From assembly GCA_964395115.1 (NCBI GenBank), contig CAYMZX010000001.1:14751-78750 (forward strand): 64,000 bases of DNA. Direction: 5' to 3'. Source of the stretch: an uncultured Gammaproteobacteria bacterium. GTDB taxonomy: Bacteria; Patescibacteriota; Microgenomatia; UBA8517. Below, one piece after another: positions 38,440-47,940 of the stretch. The notes below the pieces were generated by a model. The model ran no database searches and was not told the DNA's origin. It saw only the letters and a program-made list of their open reading frames with translations. Positions within the stretch are counted from its first letter, which is position 1; every line of letters starts with the position of its first letter. A program made the translations under genes and the position numbers.

Positions 38440-39492
38440 TCAAATTTTTTTTGAAACTCTAATCTTTTTCAAAAGCGAAGAGTTTTCCAGCACCTTTCCG
38501 CAGCCTCTGACCACACAAGTAAGGGGGTCATTGGCAATCCAAACGGGCACTTTTGTTACCTCAGATATCATTTTATCGATCCCGGGAAGAAGCGAGCCGC
38601 CTCCGGCTAAAACAATACCTCTTTCCATTATATCGGACATGAGCTCTGGCGGAGTCTCCTCTATGGTATCGGCAATATTGCTGATAATTTCTTGAACAAC
38701 TGATGCTAACGCTTCCCTTATTTCGCTTGAGGAAAGTTTGATAGATTTTGGCAACCCAGATTCCAAGTCTCGGCCCCTGACAACTTCGAATTTTTCTTTT
38801 CCTACTATTCCCGCCCCAATATTTATTTTGACCGACTCAGCTGTTGGTTGTCCAAGAAGAAGAGAATATTTCAATTTGACATAATTAATGATCGCCTCGT
38901 CCATCTCATCCCCGGCAATTCTAATTGAGCGCCCCAAGACTAGGCCCCCCAAGGAAATAACCGCCATTTCTGATGTCCCGCCGCCGATATCGACAATAAA
39001 AATTCCCTCAGCGCCTAAAATAGGAAGCCCAGCTCCAATGGCAGCGGCCATAGGCTCTTCGATAAGGTGGGCCTCTCGGGCACCGGCGTCCATAGCCGCA
39101 TCGGCAACCGCCCGTCTTTCAACCTCCGTTACGCCCGACGGAATGCCGATAACCACTCGAGGTCGGGGAATTTTAGGAATTATCGTTCCTGATTCGTGCA
39201 CTCGCCTTATATAAAAAGACAGCATGGCCGCCGTCGCATCAAAGTCGGCGATTACTCCGTCCTTCAATGGTCTAATCGTTTCGATCGTGGCCGGCGCTCT
39301 CCCGAGCATTTTTTTGGCGGAACCGCCGATAGCTAAAATTTCTTTTGTTTTTTTATGGCGTGCAACCACTGAGGGCTCCCTAATAACTACGCCCTTACCT
39401 TGGACCCAAACCAAAGTATTGGCTGTCCCCAAATCTATACCAATATCGTGCGAAAAAAGGCCCAGCAAAGGATTTAAAAGAAAGTATCTCAT
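38440..39492 (-). CDS. mreB: Rod shape-determining protein MreB
   Basis: DIGIDLGTANT, EPSVVA, DGVIADF, DIGGGT, AGGG. Confidence 0.98.
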   Translation of the reverse strand: MRYFLLNPLLGLFSHDIGIDLGTANTLVWVQGKGVVIREPSVVARHKKTKEILAIGGSAKKMLGRAPATIETIRPLKDGVIADFDATAAMLSFYIRRVHESGTIIPKIPRPRVVIGIPSGVTEVERRAVADAAMDAGAREAHLIEEPMAAAIGAGLPILGAEGIFIVDIGGGTSEMAVISLGGLVLGRSIRIAGDEMDEAIINYVKLKYSLLLGQPTAESVKINIGAGIVGKEKFEVVRGRDLESGLPKSIKLSSSEIREALASVVQEIISNIADTIEETPPELMSDIMERGIVLAGGGSLLPGIDKMISEVTKVPVWIANDPLTCVVRGCGKVLENSSLLKKIRVSKKI

Positions 39493-39566
39493 ATGACTTT
39501 CACAGCGCAGTATAACTTTTTAATAATAAGTTGCAAAGAGTAGTTTGGTGGGGCAAAATTAGTCAG

Positions 39567-41606
39567 ATGTTTTTATTGCTAGATAAGGCTATCTCTTTTC
39601 TTTTTTATATTCTTTTCTTTCTCGTCCCGTTGATTTTTTGTCCGTTAACCTCGGAGTTGTTTGAATTTAATAAAATGGTCACAGTTTATCTTCTGACAGT
39701 TTTAATCTTGACCTGCTGGTTCGGAAAAATGATTCTTGCCAAAAAAATAGTCTTCCGTCGCACAATCTTTGACTACCCTTTATTGATCTTTTTGTTTTCC
39801 CAGGGCCTCTCAACCATCTTTTCGATAGATTTCCGCACCTCTCTTCTAGGTTATTATTCCCGATTCCATGGCGGTTTCTTATCTTATCTTTGTTATTCTC
39901 TATTATATTGGGCATATGTCTCTAATTTGGAAAAGGAAAAGACAGTCAAATCTTTGCGTTTTCTGTTATTATCCGCAGTTTTAGTTTCTTTTTACGGCGT
40001 GCTTCAGCATTTTGGCATCGATAAGGATTATTGGGTCCAAGATGTCGTTAGCCGCGTTTTCTCCACCTTTGGCCAACCTAATTGGCTTGCCTCTTGGCTA
40101 GTCGTAATCCTCCCAGTCTCTTGGGCAATGATGTTATCGTGGAAGGAAAAATATTTTGACATCAAACACCGTTGGTTATTATTCGCAATTTCTGGACTAT
40201 ACTTTTTAGTCCTTCTTTATACCAAATCGCGTTCGGGCCTTTTAGCTTTTCTCGTCTCCTGGGTCGTCTTCTGGTTCCCAATACTATTTTATTATCTAAG
40301 AGGGACGGAGTTTGCCGAGTCCCAACTGTTGAAAAAGTTTTTTATCTTAAATTTTTCATACTTGGTTATTTTTTTATTAACTCCTACTCCCTACTTTGCC
40401 GGTCTTCCCGCTTTTCTCCAAAAAAGAAGCGTTCCGGATGAAACGATGGTAAAAGGACCAGCATTGGAAATCGGAGGTACTGAATCGGGAACAATCCGAA
40501 AAATAGTCTGGAAAGGGGCTGTCGATATTTGGAAACATTACCCAATCTTGGGAACAGGAGTAGAAACTTTCGCTTATTCTTATTATCAATTCAGGCCTGT
40601 TGAACATAATCTTGTTTCCGAATGGGACTTTCTTTACAACAAAGCCCATAATGAGTTTCTTAATTTCGCCGCCACCACCGGAACTCTAGGCTTAGGAGCT
40701 TATTTATTTCTAATCGGAAGTTTTATTTACTTTCTGATAAAAAACTGGCGGGTTTCTTTTTTTCATCTAGCTTTTCTCTCAGGAATTATTGGTTTAGAGG
40801 TTAGTTATTTTTTTGGCTTTTCCGTAGTTCCCACTTCTCTTCTTCTTTTCTTAATCCCAGGGATGGCAATCGCTTTTTCGGAAACCAAATCGCGCAAAGA
40901 AAAAGAACCAAAAGGGCTATCTTTGGGGCAAAAGCTTGGACTTATATTGCTTATAATTGTTACGGCCTGGTTTGTTATTTCTATAGGAAAATATTGGTTG
41001 GCCGACCTCAATTATTCCCGCGGCAAATCTGCAAATTCTTCTGATAATTTTAATGCCGCCCGAGAATACCTTTCGCAAGCAATTAAACTTTCACCCAATG
41101 AAAGTATTTTTTGGGACGAGTTATCCGAGACCGATGCCCAACTGGCAATTGCTCTATCGGAAAGTGGTCAGAAAGAACAAGCTTCTATATTTATTGAGAC
41201 CGCCATCAGGGAATCAGACCGGGCAATCTTTTTGTCCCCAAAAAATGTCAATATTAAAAGAAATCGAGCCTCGACTTTTATTAAGCTTTCGGCGTTTGAT
41301 CCTAACTTTCTCAAAAGGGCTCGTGACGTTCTCCAGGAAACAATTCTCTTGGCTCCGACCGAGGCAAAGCTTTTTTATAATCTTGGCTTAACCTATCTGC
41401 GTTTGGGAGATTATGAGAATTCGATAAAGACCCTAGGAAAAACGGTCACTATGAAGCCCAACTACCGAGATGCCAGACTGGCAATGGCTTTCGCCCTTAT
41501 TGATGTCGGAGAAAAAAACCGCGCCAAAGAACAGTTAAATTATATCTTGGAAAAAATTTATCCCGAAGACCCAATTACCAGGCAAACATTGGAAGACTTG
41601 GAATAA
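39567..41606 (+). CDS. O-antigen ligase/Wzy-like polytopic membrane protein with C-terminal TPRs
   Basis: STFGQPNWLA, TKSRSG, R..VW, GTGVETF, AHNEFL; TPR tail. Confidence 0.85.
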   Translation: MFLLLDKAISFLFYILFFLVPLIFCPLTSELFEFNKMVTVYLLTVLILTCWFGKMILAKKIVFRRTIFDYPLLIFLFSQGLSTIFSIDFRTSLLGYYSRFHGGFLSYLCYSLLYWAYVSNLEKEKTVKSLRFLLLSAVLVSFYGVLQHFGIDKDYWVQDVVSRVFSTFGQPNWLASWLVVILPVSWAMMLSWKEKYFDIKHRWLLFAISGLYFLVLLYTKSRSGLLAFLVSWVVFWFPILFYYLRGTEFAESQLLKKFFILNFSYLVIFLLTPTPYFAGLPAFLQKRSVPDETMVKGPALEIGGTESGTIRKIVWKGAVDIWKHYPILGTGVETFAYSYYQFRPVEHNLVSEWDFLYNKAHNEFLNFAATTGTLGLGAYLFLIGSFIYFLIKNWRVSFFHLAFLSGIIGLEVSYFFGFSVVPTSLLLFLIPGMAIAFSETKSRKEKEPKGLSLGQKLGLILLIIVTAWFVISIGKYWLADLNYSRGKSANSSDNFNAAREYLSQAIKLSPNESIFWDELSETDAQLAIALSESGQKEQASIFIETAIRESDRAIFLSPKNVNIKRNRASTFIKLSAFDPNFLKRARDVLQETILLAPTEAKLFYNLGLTYLRLGDYENSIKTLGKTVTMKPNYRDARLAMAFALIDVGEKNRAKEQLNYILEKIYPEDPITRQTLEDLE

Positions 41607-42136
41607 TGATTAGAAAAATTTTGCCTACCAATGACCCCAGATTAAGAATCCCTTCGAAGCCGGTTGCTAAAATTGATAAAAAAGTGCTCTCAATCATCAG
41701 AGACCTAAAAGATACTTTGGCCGCCCAAAAAGATCCGGAGGGGGTAGGATTAGCCGCCCCCCAAATCGGTAAAAACTTAAGAATTTTTGTAATGAGGGAC
41801 GCCGGGGAAACAAGAGCTGTCATCAACCCTAAAATAATAAAAATCTCCGAACCGAAAGGAACGAATAAGAAAGCGGGGAAAGGAACCCTTTTGGAGGGAT
41901 GTCTTTCTTTACCCCATTATTACGGACCTTTAAGACGACCCTCTCTGGTTACTCTTAAATTTACAACCCCTGAAGGGAAAGAGATGGTGGAAGAGTTTGT
42001 CGGATTCACTAGCCAAATAGTCCAGCATGAAATCGACCACCTTGACGGCACTCTTTTTATAGACCGGCTCCTAAAAGCAAAAAAACCGTTATTTAAACTA
42101 AAAAAAGATGGCTGGGAAAAGGTGGACTTGACTTAA
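41606..42136 (+). CDS. def: Peptide deformylase
   Basis: GVGLAAPQIG, EGCLS, QHEIDHLDG. Confidence 0.97.
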   Translation: MIRKILPTNDPRLRIPSKPVAKIDKKVLSIIRDLKDTLAAQKDPEGVGLAAPQIGKNLRIFVMRDAGETRAVINPKIIKISEPKGTNKKAGKGTLLEGCLSLPHYYGPLRRPSLVTLKFTTPEGKEMVEEFVGFTSQIVQHEIDHLDGTLFIDRLLKAKKPLFKLKKDGWEKVDLT

Positions 42137-43096
42137 ATGAGAATTGTTTTTTTCGGAACCCCCGAATATGTTCTCCCAATTGTGGAGAAAATTTATAAGG
42201 AGTTTAGAAGTCGAGTTTCAAGACTTTCGCCAATTGTTGCGGTGGTAACTCAAAAGCCGAAACCAGTTGGCAGAAAGCATTTTTTTGAGTACTCGGCGAT
42301 TGACAGTTGGTCTCACAAAAAACAAATCCCGGTTTTTTACTCTCCTCAAGATTTGCTAAAAAGCGGAGTGGAAGCCGATTTAGGAATCCTAGCGGCTTAC
42401 GGCGAGATCATTCCCCCAGAGATAATTGATCATTTTCCTCACGGAATTCTTAATATTCACCCCTCGCTCCTCCCTAAATATCGAGGGCCCTCCCCCATTC
42501 AAGCAGCCCTTCTCTCTCCAAATCCTAAAACGGGGGTGACCATTATTAAAATCGACGAAAAGATGGATCATGGACCTATTGTTTCTCAATTTAAAGAAGA
42601 CATCAAAGAAAAGGATACTTTGGAAACACTAAGGAATCGGCTTTTTGAAAGAGCGGCCAATGTTCTTGTCGCTCTTCTCAACCCCTATCTCCAACGAAAG
42701 ATTGTCTTAAGGGAACAAAAACACCGAGAAGCTTCCTATACCACCTTAATTAATAAAGGGCACGGTTTCATTTCTGCCGAAATCCTGAGTACCGTCCTTA
42801 AGGGAGGGACGCATAAAAATCTCTGGAAAATTCCCTTTATAAAAAACCGCACTGTTAGACCAGATCCCATTTTTATTGAAAAATTTATTAGGGCTCTCTA
42901 TCCTTGGCCGGGAGCTTGGACAATAGTCAAACTAGGTTCGGGGTGGAACTTTAAAGAAAGAAGGCTTAAACTTTTAAAAGCGCATTTAGAAAGTGGGCGG
43001 CTAATCTTGGATAAAGTCCAACTAGAAGGGAAAAAGCCGGTTTCTTGGAAAGAATTTATCTCTGGTTACCCCAATGTTACTCTGGGAAAAGATTGA
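42137..43096 (+). CDS. fmt: Methionyl-tRNA formyltransferase
   Basis: FFGTP, AYG, NIHPSLLPKYRG, MDHG, PWPGAW. Confidence 0.95.
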   Translation: MRIVFFGTPEYVLPIVEKIYKEFRSRVSRLSPIVAVVTQKPKPVGRKHFFEYSAIDSWSHKKQIPVFYSPQDLLKSGVEADLGILAAYGEIIPPEIIDHFPHGILNIHPSLLPKYRGPSPIQAALLSPNPKTGVTIIKIDEKMDHGPIVSQFKEDIKEKDTLETLRNRLFERAANVLVALLNPYLQRKIVLREQKHREASYTTLINKGHGFISAEILSTVLKGGTHKNLWKIPFIKNRTVRPDPIFIEKFIRALYPWPGAWTIVKLGSGWNFKERRLKLLKAHLESGRLILDKVQLEGKKPVSWKEFISGYPNVTLGKD

Positions 43097-43317
43097 AGTT
43101 TTTTAGTTTTCTTAAATTTTTTCAGACATTTAGTGCACAGTTTCAAACTTGTCTTTTTACCGGAGATGACAACCGAGATTTTTTGAAGATTCGGCTTAAA
43201 TACCCTTGTTGTTACTTGAGCTCTTTTTTTCCATCTTTTACCGGCCACGCCTCTTTGATGGCGCTGAGAGCGTCCAATGACCGTTCCTTTCCCACAGTTG
43301 TCACAAACAAATGCCAT
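43066..43317 (-). CDS. rpmB: 50S ribosomal protein L28
   Basis: CDNCGKG...R.FKPNLQ...CTKCLK. Confidence 0.92.
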   Translation of the reverse strand: MAFVCDNCGKGTVIGRSQRHQRGVAGKRWKKRAQVTTRVFKPNLQKISVVISGKKTSLKLCTKCLKKFKKTKKLQSFPRVTLG

Positions 43318-43366
43318 AAAACTTTTAACTTTGGATGTAACAGATTATACTATATTGTATTTAGAT

Positions 43367-44017
43367 ATGACAATCATTTTCTGGCTTTTGGCTTTTGCCG
43401 TCGCCATCACTATTCATGAGGCCGCTCACGCCTGGATGGCTGACCGGCTTGGAGACCCAACACCTAGACTAACGGGGAGACTCTCGTTAAACCCGATCGT
43501 TCATTACGATCCAGTGGGTACAACTTTGCTTTTGATTTTAGTCATCCTTCGGTCGATGGGGGTACCAGTTATTCCTTTCGGCTGGGCAAAACCCGTTGTT
43601 TTCGATCCTTACAATTTGGCAAATCCGAGGCGGGACACCGCTCTAATTTCTCTTGCCGGCCCCAGCGCCAACATTATATTGGCGATCGTACTTTCCCTTG
43701 TTTTGAGAATCGGTTTCTCTCCTCTTTCGCCCCTCAATTTTTTAACTGGAATTTTCTATCCATTGATTATTCTTAATATCGCTCTGGCAGTTTTTAATTT
43801 AATTCCCACCCACCCTTTGGATGGGGGGAAAATCCTGGTGGGACTCCTTCCTCAAAAAGAAGCTCGAACGGTAGATCTTTTCTTGAGCCGTTACGGGATT
43901 TTGGTTCTCTTTTTCCTGATTTTTCCTGTTGGGGGGATCTCGTTTCTAAATCTTTTCGTTGCCCCTCTCATTTCCTTAATTATTAAGCTTCTTATCCCCG
44001 GAGGCCAAATCGTTTAA
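43367..44017 (+). CDS. Site-2 protease (M50) family
   Basis: HEAAH, LGDPT, FGWAKPV, AGPSAN, FNLIPTHPLDGG. Start ATG 43367. Confidence 0.93.
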   Translation: MTIIFWLLAFAVAITIHEAAHAWMADRLGDPTPRLTGRLSLNPIVHYDPVGTTLLLILVILRSMGVPVIPFGWAKPVVFDPYNLANPRRDTALISLAGPSANIILAIVLSLVLRIGFSPLSPLNFLTGIFYPLIILNIALAVFNLIPTHPLDGGKILVGLLPQKEARTVDLFLSRYGILVLFFLIFPVGGISFLNLFVAPLISLIIKLLIPGGQIV

Positions 44018-44022
44018 AAAAG

Positions 44023-44107
44023 TGCTGGGAGTAGGATTCGAACCTACGAAGCCCTTTCGGGCGCCAGATTTACAGTCTGGTGCGTTTGTCCGCTCCGCCA
44101 TCCCAGC
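44023..44107 (-). tRNA. tRNA-Tyr(GTA)
   Basis: CCAGA-CTGTAAA-TCTGG anticodon arm, long variable arm, GGTTCGAATCC. Confidence 0.95.
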
Positions 44108-44133
44108 ATTAAAACCAGTAAAGACCTATAATG

Positions 44134-44205
44134 AGCCGACGAGTGGATTCGAACCACTGACTTGCTGTTTACAAAACAGCTACTCTACCGCTGAGTTACG
44201 TCGGC
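44134..44205 (-). tRNA. tRNA-Thr(TGT)
   Basis: GCCGACG acceptor stem, GCTGT-TTTGTAA-ACAGC anticodon arm, GGTTCGAATCC. Confidence 0.95.
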
Positions 44206-44404
44206 TTGCAAGCACATTATACCAAAAAATCGGCGACCCTGCCGCAAAGAGCCCGGTGATTTTCCTGGAAAAATTCCAGGTGGGTGAGCTGCCTGAAAAC
44301 CCACGGGTTTTCAAGACTCCGCCCTCCCATTAATAACTCTTCGGTCAGGAAAGTCTCCCGACGCTCTTCACATGCAGGGTCTACTATAATTTTAGCAGGG
44401 AAAG

Positions 44405-45313
44405 TCAATATTGAACAAACTCCGGCTGGCCCCAGTCTGACATATAAGTAAGCAGTTTTTCTTCTTTTATCAACTGCCCGTTCCGAAAAGTGGCTCTTAA
44501 AATTAATCCTTTTCTGGTCTTTTCCGACCCCATTTGATCAAAGACAAAGTTTCCTAAGGAATAATATACAGGCTTTCCATCAATTCTCTCTTCGTTTTGA
44601 ACCCAATGTGGATGATATCCAATAACAATATCGGCCCCTGATTGAACCAGTTTGAAGGCCCACAAACATTGCTTATCGTTAGCTTTATCACGATATTCTT
44701 CACCCCAATGCACTCCTATTATTAATACGTCTACCTGTTTGTCCGAATCTAAAACCAACTTGATATCAGAATCTTTCGGAGCTTTAGATACAAAATTGAA
44801 GCCGAGAAAGCCGAATTTTATTCCTTTCACCTTTTTGATAGCTAAGTTTCCTAAACCCGTCGTTTCAATACCCCTATCTTTTAGAAGTTTGGTTGTTTCT
44901 TTCAGTCCTTTTTCCCCGTAATCTTTAGAATGGTTATTGGCAAGGTTAACTATATCCACGCCGGCAAAAACCAGGCCCTGAATCATTTTGGGGTCAGCGC
45001 AAAATACAAAACCCGAATTTGACCGCGGACAATCGGAAACAAAGAGGTTCTCAAGATTGATAAAGACGATATCGGCCGATCGAAGTATATCGCCTACCTT
45101 AGCAAAAGGATAGGCTGGATCTTTCAAATCAAGGCTTTTGGTCATAACCGACCTTCCCAACATTACGTCCCCGGTTAGAATTATTACGACGTCCCGACTG
45201 AAAACTTTCAAAGGATTTTCCTCTCTCTTTTTTGGCAAGGTGGTAGCAAAATACAGAAGAAGTCCCAAAAAAGAGGCCGCCAAAACCAAAAGGAATGACT
45301 GCCGTTTTTCCAT
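44405..45313 (-). CDS. CapA/PGA_cap family metallophosphoesterase-fold protein
   Basis: GDVMLGR, NLE, NLANNHS.DYG, HWGEEY, G.HPHW.Q, YSLGNFVFDQ. Confidence 0.9.
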   Translation of the reverse strand: MEKRQSFLLVLAASFLGLLLYFATTLPKKREENPLKVFSRDVVIILTGDVMLGRSVMTKSLDLKDPAYPFAKVGDILRSADIVFINLENLFVSDCPRSNSGFVFCADPKMIQGLVFAGVDIVNLANNHSKDYGEKGLKETTKLLKDRGIETTGLGNLAIKKVKGIKFGFLGFNFVSKAPKDSDIKLVLDSDKQVDVLIIGVHWGEEYRDKANDKQCLWAFKLVQSGADIVIGYHPHWVQNEERIDGKPVYYSLGNFVFDQMGSEKTRKGLILRATFRNGQLIKEEKLLTYMSDWGQPEFVQY

Positions 45314-45358
45314 TCCTTTAATCAGTATAGCAACTTCTGATATAATTCATTTCTAACT

Positions 45359-45431
45359 GCCGAGGTAGCTCAGTCGGTAGAGCATGCCCTTGGTAAGGGC
45401 AAGGTCATGGGTTCGATTCCCATCCTCGGCT
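45359..45431 (+). tRNA. tRNA-Thr(GGT)
   Basis: GCCGAGG acceptor stem, TGCCC-TTGGTAA-GGGCA anticodon arm, GGTTCGATTCC. Confidence 0.95.
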
Positions 45432-45436
45432 CTTGT

Positions 45437-45610
45437 ATGGCAAAAAAGGGCGCGCGGGAGATTGTCGCTTTAATCTGTTCTATTTGTAAAAATCAAAACT
45501 ACATCACGGAACGGAATAAGGTTAATATGGAAGGAAAGTTGGAGATTAAAAAATTTTGCCAATTCTGCAGGAAACACCAACTTCATAAAGAATCCTCAAA
45601 ACTCAAATAA
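45437..45610 (+). CDS. rpmG: 50S ribosomal protein L33
   Basis: MAKKGAREIVALICSIC..NY.T.RN...KKFCQFCRKH. Start ATG 45437. Confidence 0.95.
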   Translation: MAKKGAREIVALICSICKNQNYITERNKVNMEGKLEIKKFCQFCRKHQLHKESSKLK

Positions 45611-45651
45611 ATCGCTTCTAGGATAAAAAATTGGTATAATTTGGCTTGTTT

Positions 45652-45722
45652 AGGGGCGTCGTTCAATGGAAGGACAGAGGTCTCCAAAACCTCTAATGGG
45701 AGTTCGATTCTCTCCGCCCCTG
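45652..45722 (+). tRNA. tRNA-Trp(CCA)
   Basis: AGGGGCG acceptor stem, GAGGT-CTCCAAA-ACCTC anticodon arm, GTTCGATTC. Confidence 0.95.
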
Positions 45723-45866
45723 CTAGTTCAGTCTTCATGAACCCGTTGGGCCTCAATCTTTCCAATGAGCTTCGAAGTGCACCTTACCACAATTATATAA
45801 ACCTATCCAAACCACGAGAAGGCTTGCTTTAATTTACTATAGGTAGTATAATTCCAATCCTAACAA

Positions 45867-47810
45867 ATGGAAAAAGAATCTTTGTCACGCCGAGAGTTCT
45901 TAAAGTTTTTGGGGGCAACAAGTGCAGCAGCAGTTTATGGTCTTTCCCCCACCCCTCTTCGTGCTGGTGTTGAAACTGTTTTACAAGCTCCAGAGGAAGG
46001 CGATCCTATTTTAGCCAAAGATTTACTCCTATTACCCGAAAAAACCGAGGAATGTATGGCACCAGTCACTTTTGAGTCTCCAGTAACGGTGGTGGATTTT
46101 CCCTTATATCGTTACCGTTCACACGGTCCGGGCACTTTCGACTATAATCTGGAACTACCCATAAACTTTTTTGTCTTACCCCCTGGTTTTAATACTTTTT
46201 GCAAGGATTTTTATTATTTTCGAGACCCCTCCTGTAGAAACGAGGAGGAGGAAATTATCAGAACGACAATTTTGCCGGATACGATGGGAACACACAATTT
46301 ATTGATAGCCTTTCTTGATAGAGGGAAATTTAACAGGCTTGATGGCTATGTTCCTTCTACTGTTGCCTGTAATAGAAATCAAGAAGTTTTGGGAACAATG
46401 ACTTATTGGGTTGGCGAAGACGGAAAAAGAATTTATCCAAACAAAATAGGAAATTTACTTATTGCTTTCGAGGAACTTCTTAAGTGGCAGGAAAGAAATG
46501 GTCCGCTAAAAGCTGGCAAAACATATTCGTACCTTAATCTTATAGGGCTCTCAACTTCGGAGGTTTCTTATCTTCCCGGTTATAATAGCGGGCATGCTGT
46601 CGTAAGAGCGGGGGGTGTTTGCGCTGGAGCAACTGCATTAGCGAATGCTTTTTGGAGATTAAGTCAAAACCTCGGAATGCCTTTTGAACAAGTATGTGTT
46701 GGGGGAAGGGAATCTCATGACAATCCATATGCTTTAGGCCCTTTTGCCCCCCCTTTTGATATAACCGACACTACTGTTTATATAAGCCCTGGAAGTAGAG
46801 CTGACTTGTTAATGCGCCCGCCTTGTGATTGTTACATTTCGCCTCTTTTTGCTATTGTTCCAAATCGAGTTCCGACATCGGAAACTGCTCCTGATGGGTT
46901 AGGCGTAAGGGATCCTCAAACAGGTCGAATTCTTTTGCGATCAGACGCAACACTTATAATGAATGTTGCGATTACACGCATACCTCCAAGAGTAACTTCA
47001 GAGGATTTAAGAGAGATGAGAGAGGCTTATTTTGCTTTTCGCCAAAGAAGAAATGCTAGGACACTTGAGATAATGGGTCGGGGGGCACGGTTTGTAGAAG
47101 ATCACCAATGGAGAGAAAATAGTAACCCCCCCAATTATGTTGTTGAGTCGATATATCCCGCTATTAATTTTAGACCAGACGTGTTTGAACATGAGATGGA
47201 AACATCCCCTTATTTGCAAGATGTGAAAGCTTTAATGGAGATTTTAAATTCAGTAGACCAATATTCTTATCCTGATATGGCGGCTTTGGTGCGAAATTCT
47301 AGTTGGTACCACGACAAAATGCAAAGAGGTTTACTAACGCCAAAGATAGAAAGAGGAATCGATCAGTTGAATTTTACAAGAGTAGAGGGCCAACCTGTAC
47401 AATGTGTTCAATGGGCTATTTTATTGGCCTCTTTGAATTATGGGGATTCTCCTCTGACAATCGGAGCCGCTATTAGAGGTCCTAACGATTTGATACCCTC
47501 ACATCTACTTGCGGGCCGGTATCGTGCGGTAGCTCCAAGTCTGATAGGAGGCTCTCTAATTGCGGACCCAAACTTAAAGATTGAGGAAATAAATCCGGGA
47601 GATTTGTTATTGATTAAAAACACTAGAGTAGGTCATGTAGGGGTTTTCTTGGCCGTAAAAGACGTTGGAGGTAAACGTTATGTCTTGGGTACCGATGCTA
47701 ATCGCCAAAGTACTGGAAGAATTGTTACTTTTGTTCTTACAGACGAGAATTTTGATTTTTTTTGGGGTCCACCGCCAAATAAAAAGATAATTTTGACTAA
47801 AAATAGATAA
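45867..47810 (+). CDS. Twin-arginine-signal protein with VanW-like and C-terminal CHAP-like domains
   Basis: SRREFLK; GGVCAGATALANA...H..PY...DTTVY...DL (VanW-like); QCVQW...PGDLL...GHVGV...TDAN (CHAP-like). Confidence 0.65.
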   Translation: MEKESLSRREFLKFLGATSAAAVYGLSPTPLRAGVETVLQAPEEGDPILAKDLLLLPEKTEECMAPVTFESPVTVVDFPLYRYRSHGPGTFDYNLELPINFFVLPPGFNTFCKDFYYFRDPSCRNEEEEIIRTTILPDTMGTHNLLIAFLDRGKFNRLDGYVPSTVACNRNQEVLGTMTYWVGEDGKRIYPNKIGNLLIAFEELLKWQERNGPLKAGKTYSYLNLIGLSTSEVSYLPGYNSGHAVVRAGGVCAGATALANAFWRLSQNLGMPFEQVCVGGRESHDNPYALGPFAPPFDITDTTVYISPGSRADLLMRPPCDCYISPLFAIVPNRVPTSETAPDGLGVRDPQTGRILLRSDATLIMNVAITRIPPRVTSEDLREMREAYFAFRQRRNARTLEIMGRGARFVEDHQWRENSNPPNYVVESIYPAINFRPDVFEHEMETSPYLQDVKALMEILNSVDQYSYPDMAALVRNSSWYHDKMQRGLLTPKIERGIDQLNFTRVEGQPVQCVQWAILLASLNYGDSPLTIGAAIRGPNDLIPSHLLAGRYRAVAPSLIGGSLIADPNLKIEEINPGDLLLIKNTRVGHVGVFLAVKDVGGKRYVLGTDANRQSTGRIVTFVLTDENFDFFWGPPPNKKIILTKNR

Positions 47811-47940
47811 TTAGCCTTCGCGTCCAAAAAAACAGGTCGTCTAGAATTATTCATTGTCATAATTGTAAAACGGCTCGAATTTTTAGGTACAGGTCTGCCT
47901 GATTTGACTTTTTGAAAACACCCTTATATCATCTTGCCTA

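Noticed and set aside
44217-44408. 63-aa ORF downstream of the CapA gene
   Set aside because: TTG start, no motif and no SD; cannot be supported as a gene.
44405-45313. Linking CapA to the ATP-grasp operon as a polyglutamate capsule pathway
   Set aside because: It lies 11 kb away, no capB/capC is present, and CapA-family proteins are common on their own.
7137-45832. Track ORFs overlapping tRNAs (7137-7382, 44022-44333, 45583-45765, 45641-45832) and the many antisense ORFs inside core genes
   Set aside because: Shadow frames of tRNAs or of well-supported genes on the opposite strand.
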